Below are positions 43,936 through 53,393 of a DNA stretch of 64,000 nt, one piece after another; position 1 is the stretch's first letter, and each line of letters opens with the position of its first letter. The DNA comes from an uncultured Bacteroidales bacterium. GTDB taxonomy: Bacteria; Bacteroidota; Bacteroidia; Bacteroidales; Paludibacteraceae. The stretch covers positions 27,997 through 91,996 of the forward strand of contig CAKUUM010000001.1 in NCBI GenBank assembly GCA_934692905.1, in the 5' to 3' direction. Both the position numbers and the translations under genes were made by a program. The notes under the pieces were generated by a model. The model did no database searches, was not told the DNA's origin, and saw only the letters and a program-made list of their open reading frames with translations.

Positions 43936-45747
43936 ATGAGTGACAATCTGAAAAATACGATACTGAGGTTCGCAGTCATCTTTGTGGTGATTGTGATGCT
44001 GTTCGGTGTGGTGTTGTTTCAGATAGGCAGGCTACAGACAGTGGAACGCAGTCAGTGGGAGAGCATTGCGGACAAGTTTGAGTCCGTGACCAAGCCCATT
44101 CCCGCAACGCGAGGGAATATCTACGATGCGGACGGACGACTGCTTGCCAGCAGTATCCCACAGTACAGCGTACACATAGACACACGTGTGGAAGCCCTAC
44201 ACATGGACAACGGGAAACTGTTCTGGGAGAATGTGGACTCCATCGCCGAAGGGCTCAGCAGGATTATCGGCGACAAATCGCCGCAGGAGTACAAGCGGCA
44301 GATGGTGACAGCCTACAAGGCGCGCACCAACAGGGAAAGGGATATACGTCTGTACAGGGGACGTATCAGTTACATACAGAAGAAGGAAATCCAGCAGTTG
44401 CCCCTCGTAAGGCGCGGGTACTACAAGAGCGGTTTCCACTATGAAGACCTGCATCGGCGGGTGAAGCCTTTCGGAAGCCTCGGCAGTAGAACCATCGGCA
44501 GTATCTATGGCGAAGGGGGACACGGAAACGCAGGTATAGAGAAGCGGTTTGACGCCTATCTGTGCGGCGAGGACGGCGTAAGTGTTCGGCAACCCGTAGC
44601 GGGAAAATTGCAGTACGTGCCCGTGAAAGACGCGGTGAACGGCTGCGATGTCTATACCACCTTGGACGCCAACCTGATGGACATCTGCGAAACGGCGTTG
44701 CGTCAGCGGCTGAACAAGACGGAAGCCGATTGGGGTTGCGTCGCGCTCATGGAGGTATCAACAGGCGAGATAAAGGCGATGTGCAACCTGGACAGAGCCG
44801 AAGACGGTACGTACTATGAGGCAATGAACCACGTGGTGTCGCGCGTGGAGCCCGGTTCCACGTTCAAAACCATCGCGCTGATGGCGGCATTGGACGACGG
44901 CAAGATTGACATCGATGACACGGTGGAAGTATATCGCAAAGGGTGGACCTACTACAACGCCCGACATACCGACTCGCACCCGCGAGATACGGTGTACAGC
45001 ATCCGCAACGCGCTGGCGGTGAGCAGCAACATCGCCATGGCGAAGATAATCACCGAGGGTTACAAGGGCAGCGCACGCAAGTTCGTGCACAAGTTGGACC
45101 GTATGGGACTGTTGGACAGCGTGGACTACATCATCCCGGGTGCCGACCAGGCGCGTATCGACATCCCCAACGACACGGTGACCATCTCGCGCATGTCGTA
45201 CGGCTATTCGGTGGAGATGAGTCCGATGCAGACTATGCTGTTCTACAACGGCATTGCGAACGGGGGTAAGATGATTTCGCCTGTGCTTGTGCGTGAGGTT
45301 CGGAAGAACGGCAAGACGATAAAGACATACCAGACGGAGACCATCGAGAGCAGTATATGCGGGTCGTCCACGCTGCGCGACATACAATCGTGTTTGCATG
45401 ACGTGGTGTGGGACAACCATTTAGGTACGGCGTCGGTGAACCCGTGGAAGATGAAGAAAGCCCAAAGCGACTTGGTGCATATCGCGGGCAAAACGGGCAC
45501 GGCGCAGTTGTTTGAGAAAGGACGGTACCAGAGCCACAGGCACCGTATGTCGTTCGTGGGGTATTTCCCCGAGGAGAACCCGCAATACACATGTATATGC
45601 GTGATTAGCGGTCCGAAATACTACGGGTATTACGATGCGGGTATGGACTGCGGCTCGGTGGTCCGGCAGATAGCCGAGAAGACGATGGTATATGCGGCGG
45701 AATATGTGATTGAGAACGGGGAGAAGGTTCTGCAAATCAAGAATTAA
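43936..45747 (+). CDS. ftsI: Penicillin-binding protein 3 type transpeptidase (FtsI)
   Basis: N-terminal TM; SxxK (PGSTFKT), SxN (VSSNIAM) and KTG (AGKTGTAQ) motifs. Confidence 0.9.
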   Translation: MSDNLKNTILRFAVIFVVIVMLFGVVLFQIGRLQTVERSQWESIADKFESVTKPIPATRGNIYDADGRLLASSIPQYSVHIDTRVEALHMDNGKLFWENVDSIAEGLSRIIGDKSPQEYKRQMVTAYKARTNRERDIRLYRGRISYIQKKEIQQLPLVRRGYYKSGFHYEDLHRRVKPFGSLGSRTIGSIYGEGGHGNAGIEKRFDAYLCGEDGVSVRQPVAGKLQYVPVKDAVNGCDVYTTLDANLMDICETALRQRLNKTEADWGCVALMEVSTGEIKAMCNLDRAEDGTYYEAMNHVVSRVEPGSTFKTIALMAALDDGKIDIDDTVEVYRKGWTYYNARHTDSHPRDTVYSIRNALAVSSNIAMAKIITEGYKGSARKFVHKLDRMGLLDSVDYIIPGADQARIDIPNDTVTISRMSYGYSVEMSPMQTMLFYNGIANGGKMISPVLVREVRKNGKTIKTYQTETIESSICGSSTLRDIQSCLHDVVWDNHLGTASVNPWKMKKAQSDLVHIAGKTGTAQLFEKGRYQSHRHRMSFVGYFPEENPQYTCICVISGPKYYGYYDAGMDCGSVVRQIAEKTMVYAAEYVIENGEKVLQIKN

Positions 45748-45818
45748 CTCCCCCTACCCCCTCAAGAGCACCCCACTTCGCCCTGCGGGGCTCGTAGGGA
45801 CCCCGCTACAGAGGGGGA
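45747..45818 (+). repeat. GC-rich hairpin element, long form (reference copy), between ftsI and murE
   Basis: actccccctaccccctcaagagcaccccacttcgccctgcggggctcgtagggaccccgctacagaggggga, homologous along its full length to the reverse complement of 14244..14315. Confidence 0.8.
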
Positions 45819-45856
45819 CACAAAAGTAAAATGAAGGATTATTAAACGATAATTAT

Positions 45857-47389
45857 ATGAAACTAAGTGAGTTGCTGAAAGGTGTGGAGGTGCTGCAAAC
45901 CGTGGGCAGTACGGATGTGGAGATACAGAGTATCCAGTTCGATTCGCGACGCGTGGATGAGGGCGATGTGTTCGTAGCCCAACGCGGCACCAGCGTGGAC
46001 GGACATACGTTTATCGCACAATGTATCAACCAAGGGGCAGTAGCCATAGTCTTGGAAGACAAGAACTATATCCGACTCCCCCAACCCCCTCAGGGAGGGG
46101 GCTCAACAAAGCAGGCACCTGATGTTACCTATATATTAGTAAAGAACAGCGATGAAGCCCTTGGCAGAATGGCACACACATGGTACGGGGAGCCGAGCAA
46201 GCACCTGCGGTTGGTGGGTGTGACAGGCACCAACGGCAAGACCACCACCGCCACCCTGCTCTACCGTCTGACAAAAGCCATGGGACACAAGGCAGGACTG
46301 CTCTCGACGGTCGTCAATTACGTGGACGACGAAGCCGTAGAGGCTACGCACACCACGCCCGACGCGTTGGAACTCAACGGGTTGCTGCACCGCATGGTAG
46401 CGGCAGGGTGCGAGTACGCCTTCATGGAGGTCAGCAGCCACGCCATCGCGCAGGAGCGCATCGCGGGCTTGGAGTTCGCGGGGGCGTTGTTCACCAACCT
46501 CACACGCGACCACCTCGACTACCACAAGACCTTCGACAACTACCGCGACACGAAGAAGAGGCTATTTGACGGGCTTCGCAAAGAGGCATTTGCCGTTACG
46601 AACCTGGATGACAAGAACGGGCTGGTGATGACGCAAAACTGTCGGGGTCACGTCTTCACGTATTCGACACGCGGCATGGCGGACTTCCGCGGGAAGATAC
46701 TTGAGGAAGGGTTCGACGGTATGCTGCTCCGCATACAGAGTACACAAGGGGCAGTGGACACCGAGGTATTCGTGCCGCTGGTGGGGCGTTTCAATGTGAG
46801 CAACCTGCTGCTGATATACGGTGCGGCTGTGGAACTCGGTTTCGACCCCATGGAGGTGCTGCGCATATTGAGTGGGCTGCACCCCGTGAACGGACGCTTC
46901 GAGACCATACACGCCCCGCAGGGCTGGACGGCGATTATTGACTACGCCCACACGCCCGATGCGGTGGAGAATGTGCTCCGTACCATCAACGAGATAATAT
47001 CGTCCACGGCGGGCAAGCGCAAAGAGCCCGCACAGGTGATTACGGTGGTCGGCTGCGGCGGCAACAGGGATAAGGGCAAGCGTCCGATGATGGCACGAAT
47101 TGCTTACGACCGGAGTACGCAACTGATACTGACCTCCGACAACCCCCGCGACGAGGAGCCCGCAGCCATTCTGCAAGACATGGCGGCAGGTCTGACGGAG
47201 GACGAACTGCGGCACGTGCTGATTATCGAAGACCGTGCGTCCGCCATCAAGACCGCCTGCACCATTGCACGCGACGGCGATGTGATACTCGTTGCCGGCA
47301 AGGGGCATGAGGACTACCAGATAATCAAAGGGGTGAAGCACCATTTCGACGACCATGAGGTGGTGAGAGGGTGCTTGATTGTTAAGTAA
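45857..47389 (+). CDS. murE: UDP-N-acetylmuramoyl-L-alanyl-D-glutamate--2,6-diaminopimelate ligase
   Basis: GVTGTNGKTTTA P-loop and the DNPR motif (TSDNPRDEEP) typical of MurE. Confidence 0.95.
   Translation: MKLSELLKGVEVLQTVGSTDVEIQSIQFDSRRVDEGDVFVAQRGTSVDGHTFIAQCINQGAVAIVLEDKNYIRLPQPPQGGGSTKQAPDVTYILVKNSDEALGRMAHTWYGEPSKHLRLVGVTGTNGKTTTATLLYRLTKAMGHKAGLLSTVVNYVDDEAVEATHTTPDALELNGLLHRMVAAGCEYAFMEVSSHAIAQERIAGLEFAGALFTNLTRDHLDYHKTFDNYRDTKKRLFDGLRKEAFAVTNLDDKNGLVMTQNCRGHVFTYSTRGMADFRGKILEEGFDGMLLRIQSTQGAVDTEVFVPLVGRFNVSNLLLIYGAAVELGFDPMEVLRILSGLHPVNGRFETIHAPQGWTAIIDYAHTPDAVENVLRTINEIISSTAGKRKEPAQVITVVGCGGNRDKGKRPMMARIAYDRSTQLILTSDNPRDEEPAAILQDMAAGLTEDELRHVLIIEDRASAIKTACTIARDGDVILVAGKGHEDYQIIKGVKHHFDDHEVVRGCLIVK
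46074..46101 (+). repeat. Short-form GC-rich hairpin element inside murE coding sequence (in-frame)
   Basis: gactcccccaaccccctcagggagggggc. It encodes about residues 73-82 (RLPQPPQGGG). Confidence 0.75.
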
Positions 47390-47435
47390 TAAGTAATAGT
47401 TAATAATTGATAAAACAAAGCCATCTTTTTTCGTG

Positions 47436-47493
47436 TGTATGGGTTGCGTATCCCTTGCTCATCCCTTGCGTATCCCTTGCTGTTTGACACGAG
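47436..47493 (-). repeat. GCAAGGGATA word array (inverted copy) between murE and mraY
   Basis: Reverse complement: cctcgtgtcaaaca gcaagggatac gcaagggatga gcaagggatac gcaacccatac. Confidence 0.75.
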
Positions 47494-47534
47494 GATGGTA
47501 GCATTAGTAATAGTTAATAATTAAGAGGTAATAT

Positions 47535-48806
47535 ATGTTGTACGAATTATTCAACCATTTCAGCACCATTCCGGGAGCGCGACTGATGACGTATATTTCG
47601 TTCCGCGCCATCATAGCGGGCGTGTTGGCATTGTGTATCAGTATCTGGATGGGCAACTGGTTCATCAACCTGCTGCGCCGCAAGCACATCTCCGAGACGC
47701 AGCGCGACGAGAAGACCGACCCCTTCAACGTCAACAAGAAAGGCGTGCCCACCATGGGTGGAGTGGTGATAATCGCGGCGATGCTGGTTCCGTGCCTGCT
47801 TATGGGCAAGTTGACCAACGTCTATATGCTGCTTATGCTGCTGACTACCATACTGTTAGGAGCACTCGGCTTTGCGGACGACTACATCAAGACTTTCCGT
47901 CACAACAAGGACGGCTTGAACGGTTGGATCAAAATCGCAGGGCAAGTCACCCTTGGTCTTATCGTCGGGCTCACGCTCCGTTACTGCCCCGACGCGGTGA
48001 TGAACGAGGTCGTAACCTCCCGCATCGAGAACAACATCGAGGTGGTGGAGAAGTCCCCCGACGTCAAGTCCACCCGCACCACCATTCCCTTTGTGAAAGC
48101 GCACAACTGCAACTATGCCGACATGTTCTCGTGGCTCGGCGAGACCAACAAATACAAAGCCGGCTGGGTCTTCTTCGTGCTGCTGACGGTGCTTGTAGTG
48201 GCAGCCGTGAGCAACGGAGCCAACCTCAACGACGGTATGGACGGTATGTGTGCGGGCAACTCGGCGATTATCGGAGCGGCACTTATCGTACTGGCGTATA
48301 TCAGTGGCAATGTGGTGTTTGCGGACTATTTCGATGTGATGTACATCCCTGGCAGCGAGGAACTGGTAGTGTTCCTTGCGGCATTCGTAGGCGCGCTGAT
48401 AGGTTTCCTCTGGTGGAACGGTTTCCCTGCGCAAATCTTCATGGGCGACACGGGCAGCCTCACGATAGGCGGCATCATAGGTGTGTGTGCCGTGATTATC
48501 CACAAGGAGTTGCTTTTGCCTATCCTTTGCGGTGTGTTCCTGATGGAGAGCGTGAGTGTCATACTGCAGACGCAGGTGTATAAGTTCGCCAAACGGCGCG
48601 GCAAGCACATCCGTGTATGGAAGCGCACGCCGCTGCACGACCACTTCCGCACATCCATGGAGCAGGTCTTGCGCAACGACCCCACATGCTCCGTCTATTT
48701 CAAAGGGCACGGCAACCTGCAGCACGAGACCAAGATAGTACTCCGTTTCTGCATCGTCACCCTCCTATTGGCAGCCCTGACTATCCTCACACTCAAAATA
48801 CGATAA
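47535..48806 (+). CDS. mraY: Phospho-N-acetylmuramoyl-pentapeptide transferase
   Basis: Polytopic membrane protein with PTMGG, NGANLNDGMDG and the FMGDTGSL motif. Confidence 0.95.
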   Translation: MLYELFNHFSTIPGARLMTYISFRAIIAGVLALCISIWMGNWFINLLRRKHISETQRDEKTDPFNVNKKGVPTMGGVVIIAAMLVPCLLMGKLTNVYMLLMLLTTILLGALGFADDYIKTFRHNKDGLNGWIKIAGQVTLGLIVGLTLRYCPDAVMNEVVTSRIENNIEVVEKSPDVKSTRTTIPFVKAHNCNYADMFSWLGETNKYKAGWVFFVLLTVLVVAAVSNGANLNDGMDGMCAGNSAIIGAALIVLAYISGNVVFADYFDVMYIPGSEELVVFLAAFVGALIGFLWWNGFPAQIFMGDTGSLTIGGIIGVCAVIIHKELLLPILCGVFLMESVSVILQTQVYKFAKRRGKHIRVWKRTPLHDHFRTSMEQVLRNDPTCSVYFKGHGNLQHETKIVLRFCIVTLLLAALTILTLKIR

Positions 48807-48839
48807 ACATATAATTATCGTGTAATTAACCATTAATTT
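48806..48839 (+). repeat. 'taattaaccattaat' element, forward copy immediately 5' of the GxxExxY gene
   Basis: aacatataattatcgtgtaattaaccattaattt. It matches the reverse complement of the 44-bp units at 49338..49513 (about 30 of 33 positions for unit 3). Confidence 0.8.
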
Positions 48840-48840
48840 C

Positions 48841-49350
48841 ATGGATATGGAACAGGACGCGGGACGGCAGCACTACAAGCAGGTGATATATGATATCATC
48901 GGTGCGGCAATGGAGGTGCACAGGACATTGGGTTGGGGATTGCTGGAACCTGTATATCAAGAGGCATTGTACTTGGAACTGCAAAGCAAAGGTATTGATT
49001 GTCAGAGGGAACAAGAGATAGAAATAAGGTACAAGCAATACGTATTGGATAAGAAATACAGGGCGGACTTGATAGTGGGCGATGTAATAGTGGAGTTGAA
49101 GTCTGTGTGGCAGATACTGGGCGAACATCGTGCGCAGTTGTGTAATTATCTGCGGCTTACCAAGAAACCTTACGGAGTATTGATTAACTTCGGGGAGCGG
49201 AGTCTGGCAGGAGAGCGGTGGCAATACGACCCGCTGACAAATGAGTGCACGTTGATAAACAAGAACATGGAGCCGGTTATATCGGACGATTACCGGTTTG
49301 AGCGGTACGATATACAGACAAACAAGACTAAGGAAGAAATTAATGAATAA
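48841..49350 (+). CDS. GxxExxY family protein (PD-(D/E)XK nuclease-like fold), inserted in the dcw cluster
   Basis: GWGLLEPVYQEALYLEL contains the GxxExxY signature. RADLIVGDVIVELK fits a D...E.K nuclease-type motif. 169 aa. Confidence 0.8.
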   Translation: MDMEQDAGRQHYKQVIYDIIGAAMEVHRTLGWGLLEPVYQEALYLELQSKGIDCQREQEIEIRYKQYVLDKKYRADLIVGDVIVELKSVWQILGEHRAQLCNYLRLTKKPYGVLINFGERSLAGERWQYDPLTNECTLINKNMEPVISDDYRFERYDIQTNKTKEEINE

Positions 49351-49513
49351 TTATACGGATAATTATATGTTCTAATGATAAAATTAATGATTAATTATAT
49401 GGGCAATTACATGTTCCCATAATGGAATTAATGGTTAATTATACGGGTAATTATATGTTCTTATAATGAAATCAATGAACAATCACATGGGTAATTACAT
49501 GTTCCCATAACAA
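49338..49513 (-). repeat. 4 x 44-bp tandem repeat of the 'taattaaccattaat' element (inverted orientation) between the GxxExxY gene and murD
   Basis: Units start at 49338, 49382, 49426 and 49470, an exact 44-bp period. Example: aattaatggttaattatacgggtaattatatgttcttataatga. The first unit overlaps the last codons of the GxxExxY ORF. Confidence 0.85.
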
Positions 49514-49524
49514 TGTATATGTAT

Positions 49525-50895
49525 ATGAAGAGAATTGTTGTTTTAGGCGCAGGAGAGTCAGGGACTGGCGCGGCGATACTGGCGCAGACCAAGGGGTTTG
49601 ACGTGTTTGTAAGCGATATGGGGGAGATAAAACCCGCATACCGTGCATTGCTTGACCAACACGGTATCGCGTGGGAAGACGGGCATCACACCGCGGACAA
49701 GATTCTCAATGCCGACGAAGTCATCAAGTCACCCGGCATTCCGAACACTGCCCCGCTTATCCTGCAACTGACGGCACAACACACGCCTGTCATCTCCGAG
49801 ATAGAGTTCGCCGCACGCTACACGCAGGCAAAGATGATTTGCATCACGGGCAGCAACGGCAAGACCACAACAACATCGTTGCTGTTCGATATGCTGCGCC
49901 GCGCAGGCTTAGACGTAGGTCTGGCGGGCAACATAGGCAACTCGCTGGCGTTGCAGGTGGCGCAGCAGGACCACGCATACTATGTCATTGAGTTGTCCTC
50001 GTTCCAGTTGGACAATATGTATGACTTCAAGGCGGACATCGCTATCCTGCTGAATATCACACCCGACCACTTGGACCGCTACAACTATGAGTTCCAGAAC
50101 TACGTGGACGCCAAGTTCCGTATCACGCGCAACCAGACCGCACGCGACGCCTTTATCTATTGGAGCGAGGACCCCGTGATTGACCGTGAGATAGCCAGGA
50201 TACGTCCGCAGGCAACGCTCTATCCGTTTGGCAGCAACAGTCAGAACGTGGCATACACCGACGGCAGCCACCTTGTCCTGGCGGCACCCGATGCCGTGGA
50301 ACCGCTGCGAGTGCCCCTTGAGGAACTCAGCCTACGGGGCAGACACAACCAACTCAACTCCATGGCGGCAGGCTTGGCAGCACAGATTCTGCACATCCGG
50401 AACGAGGTCATACGCGAGAGCCTGAAGCAGTTCGCAGGCGTGGAACACCGTCTGCAATACGTGGCAACGGTACGCGGCATACGATACATCAACGATTCCA
50501 AAGCCACCAACGTCAATTCCTGTTGGTATGCGCTCGAGAGCATGACCACACCCACCGTGCTTATCCTCGGCGGCAAAGACAAAGGCAACGACTATACCGA
50601 GATAGACGAATTGGTGCAAGCCAAGTGCAAGACGCTCATTTTCATGGGTTTGCACAATGAGAAACTAATCGAACACTTCGGCGCGTTGGGCTATGTGCCT
50701 TCCACAGAGGCTACTGCCGGTACGGAGCGCATATACGTGGACACCGACAACCTGCACGATGCCGTACAAGCAGCCTACCAAACAGCGCACGAGGGCGATA
50801 CGGTACTCTTGTCACCCTGTTGCGCCAGTTTCGACCTGTTCAAGAGTTACGAAGACCGCGGCGAACAGTTCATGAACGCCGTCCGAGCCCTCTGA
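49525..50895 (+). CDS. murD: UDP-N-acetylmuramoylalanine--D-glutamate ligase
   Basis: MKRIVVLGAGESGTGAA (Rossmann-type) and ITGSNGKTTTT P-loop. Alternative upstream ATGs at 49513/49519 lie within the repeat. Confidence 0.9.
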   Translation: MKRIVVLGAGESGTGAAILAQTKGFDVFVSDMGEIKPAYRALLDQHGIAWEDGHHTADKILNADEVIKSPGIPNTAPLILQLTAQHTPVISEIEFAARYTQAKMICITGSNGKTTTTSLLFDMLRRAGLDVGLAGNIGNSLALQVAQQDHAYYVIELSSFQLDNMYDFKADIAILLNITPDHLDRYNYEFQNYVDAKFRITRNQTARDAFIYWSEDPVIDREIARIRPQATLYPFGSNSQNVAYTDGSHLVLAAPDAVEPLRVPLEELSLRGRHNQLNSMAAGLAAQILHIRNEVIRESLKQFAGVEHRLQYVATVRGIRYINDSKATNVNSCWYALESMTTPTVLILGGKDKGNDYTEIDELVQAKCKTLIFMGLHNEKLIEHFGALGYVPSTEATAGTERIYVDTDNLHDAVQAAYQTAHEGDTVLLSPCCASFDLFKSYEDRGEQFMNAVRAL

Positions 50896-50933
50896 GAAGT
50901 CTAACCTCTAACATCTAACTTCTACCCTCCGAC

Positions 50934-52190
50934 ATGGATAAGAAAGGACTCATAGGACTCTGCAAGAACCGGCTTCGGTACGCCGACAAGACATACTGGA
51001 TTCTGTTCGGTGCGCTGATGGTTGTGTCGATTATCGCATTGTTTTCCGCCAGCAGCAGCCTCGCGTTCAAACAAGACAGCGCACTCGAACCCGTGATGAA
51101 GCATATCCTCTTCCTTGCGCTTGGCGCAGGGGCGGCATTCGTAGTGCAACTGCTGCCGAGCAAATTGGTACGAGTTTTCGGCTACGTGGGCTTGGCATTG
51201 TCGTTTGTACTGCTGCTGCTCACCTTCACATCATTGGGCGTGGAGCACAACGGTGCAAAGCGGTGGTTACGGATTGCGGGTCTCGAGTTCCAGCCGTCCG
51301 AATTGGCGAAACTGACGCTTCTCATCGTGGTGAGCGACCTACTCAGTCATATCCGCACAAAGGACGACGAGAAGAAGTATTTCTTTATCACATTGGCGGT
51401 AACGGCATTGATTTGCCTGCCCATCTTCCCCACCAACCTATCCACTACGCTTCTCTTGGGCGGCGTGGTGTTTCTGCTTTTCTTCCTCGCGCGCATACAT
51501 GTCAAATACTGGGGCACAACGCTCCTGATAGCCATGGGAATGTTGGTCGCAGGCTACTTCTTTGTGGAGAAATTCTATATCGAACCCAACAAAGAAGCCA
51601 AAGGAGTGATGAAGCGTGTGACCACATGGGTCGGACGTGTGGATGACCTTATCGAAGAAATCAAAGCCCCTGACGATGAGTTCCGCTTGACGGACGACAA
51701 CTATCAGCGGTCGCTGTCGAAAGTGGCGGTAGCACGTGGCGGCAAGTCACCCGTGGGCGTGCTGCCGGGCAACAGCACCATGCGCGACCGCTTGCCTCTG
51801 GCGTACGCCGACTATATCTTCGCCATCATTGTCGAAGAGACAGGCATGTTTGGTGCCATCGGACTGATATTCATCTACTTGGCAATACTATTCCGTGCCT
51901 GTCTCACCAGCAGCCGCTACGCCGACTATGCCGCAATGCTGATGACCATGAGCCTTGCCCTTATGCTCACCTGCCAGGCCTTGGTGAGTATGATGGTGGT
52001 AGTCGGCATTGGTCCCGTGACAGGGCAACCGCTACCGCTCATCAGCCGAGGCGGAACCAGTGTACTGATAACGGGCGTCTATTTCGGCATCATTATGTGT
52101 GTCGCGCGCGAACAGAACGAACTTCACGCCCGCCAGCAAGCAACCGCCGAGGACAGCCTGCAGGAAGTCCCTAACATCCGCTTGGATTAG
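50934..52190 (+). CDS. ftsW: FtsW/RodA/SpoVE family peptidoglycan glycosyltransferase
   Basis: Polytopic membrane protein in the murD-ftsW-murG position, with SEGT-like motifs (QPSELAKL, PLISRGGTS). Confidence 0.9.
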   Translation: MDKKGLIGLCKNRLRYADKTYWILFGALMVVSIIALFSASSSLAFKQDSALEPVMKHILFLALGAGAAFVVQLLPSKLVRVFGYVGLALSFVLLLLTFTSLGVEHNGAKRWLRIAGLEFQPSELAKLTLLIVVSDLLSHIRTKDDEKKYFFITLAVTALICLPIFPTNLSTTLLLGGVVFLLFFLARIHVKYWGTTLLIAMGMLVAGYFFVEKFYIEPNKEAKGVMKRVTTWVGRVDDLIEEIKAPDDEFRLTDDNYQRSLSKVAVARGGKSPVGVLPGNSTMRDRLPLAYADYIFAIIVEETGMFGAIGLIFIYLAILFRACLTSSRYADYAAMLMTMSLALMLTCQALVSMMVVVGIGPVTGQPLPLISRGGTSVLITGVYFGIIMCVAREQNELHARQQATAEDSLQEVPNIRLD

Positions 52191-52253
52191 CATGGAATTA
52201 GTATCGGCTATATATTGCACATTAACTATTAATTATTACTTATTAACTAAAAC

Positions 52254-53381
52254 ATGCGTTATTTGATTAGTGGAGGCGGCACAGGAGGGCATATCTTCCC
52301 CGCCATTAGCATAGCCAACGCCTTGCGCGAACTGGACCCCGAGTGTGAGATACTCTTTGTCGGTGCCTTGGGCAGAATGGAGATGGAGCGTGTACCACAA
52401 GCGGGATATAAAATCATAGGTCTGCCGGTACGGGGCTTTGACCGCAGCCATCCGTGGAAGAACATCCGCGTACTCCTTGACCTCATTCGCAGCATGCGTC
52501 AGGCACGTGACATCGTACGCGACTTCCGCCCCGACGTAGGCATTGGTGTAGGCGGCTACGCCAGCGGGGCAGCCATGAAGGTTGCCGCACGCATGGGCGT
52601 ACCTATCCTCTTGCAGGAGCAGAACGGCTTTGCGGGGGTCACCAACAAACTCCTGCGCAACGACGCAGCCAGGATTTGTGTTGCCTACGAAGGCATGGAA
52701 CGGTTCTTCCCCAAAGACAAACTCATCCTCACGGGCAACCCTGTGCGGCAGAACCTGACCTCCGGCACACGCCCAGAGGCACTCGAATACTTCAATCGCG
52801 AGTTCGGTGTGCAATTCACGCCCGACCGCAAGACGCTCCTTATCATTGGCGGCAGCCTCGGCGCACGCACCATCAACGATGCCATGCTGGAGGGCATCCG
52901 TCGCCTTTCCGAAGCCGGTATTCAGGTGGTTTGGCAGACGGGCAAAACCTACTACGACCGTATCCGCGACGCCGTCAATGCCCTGCCCGATGCGCAGACA
53001 ATCCTTGCCCATACCATCATCACGCCATTCCTCAGCCAGATGCCGCTCGCGTATGCCCTTGCGGATTTGGTCATCTCACGTGCGGGCGCATCGTCCATAT
53101 CCGAGTTGTGTCTCTTGGGCAAACCCGCCATTCTGGTTCCCTCACCCAACGTAGCCGAAGACCATCAGACGCACAATGCCATGGCACTCGTACACAAATC
53201 CGCCGCCGTCCTCGTCCGCGACGCCGACGCACAGAAAGAGTTAGTAACCAAAGCATTAGCACTAATCACAGACAACGCCAAGTTACAGACTTTGCATACG
53301 AATATCCTCACTTTGGCACTTCCTGACTCAGCCCATATCATCGCCCAAGAAATCATCCGGCTGGCAAAGGGGGACAGGTGA
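52254..53381 (+). CDS. murG: Undecaprenyldiphospho-muramoylpentapeptide beta-N-acetylglucosaminyltransferase
   Basis: ISGGGTGGHIFPAISIA N-terminus and GGSLGARTIN. Confidence 0.95.
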   Translation: MRYLISGGGTGGHIFPAISIANALRELDPECEILFVGALGRMEMERVPQAGYKIIGLPVRGFDRSHPWKNIRVLLDLIRSMRQARDIVRDFRPDVGIGVGGYASGAAMKVAARMGVPILLQEQNGFAGVTNKLLRNDAARICVAYEGMERFFPKDKLILTGNPVRQNLTSGTRPEALEYFNREFGVQFTPDRKTLLIIGGSLGARTINDAMLEGIRRLSEAGIQVVWQTGKTYYDRIRDAVNALPDAQTILAHTIITPFLSQMPLAYALADLVISRAGASSISELCLLGKPAILVPSPNVAEDHQTHNAMALVHKSAAVLVRDADAQKELVTKALALITDNAKLQTLHTNILTLALPDSAHIIAQEIIRLAKGDR

Positions 53382-53393
53382 GAACAGGCATCT

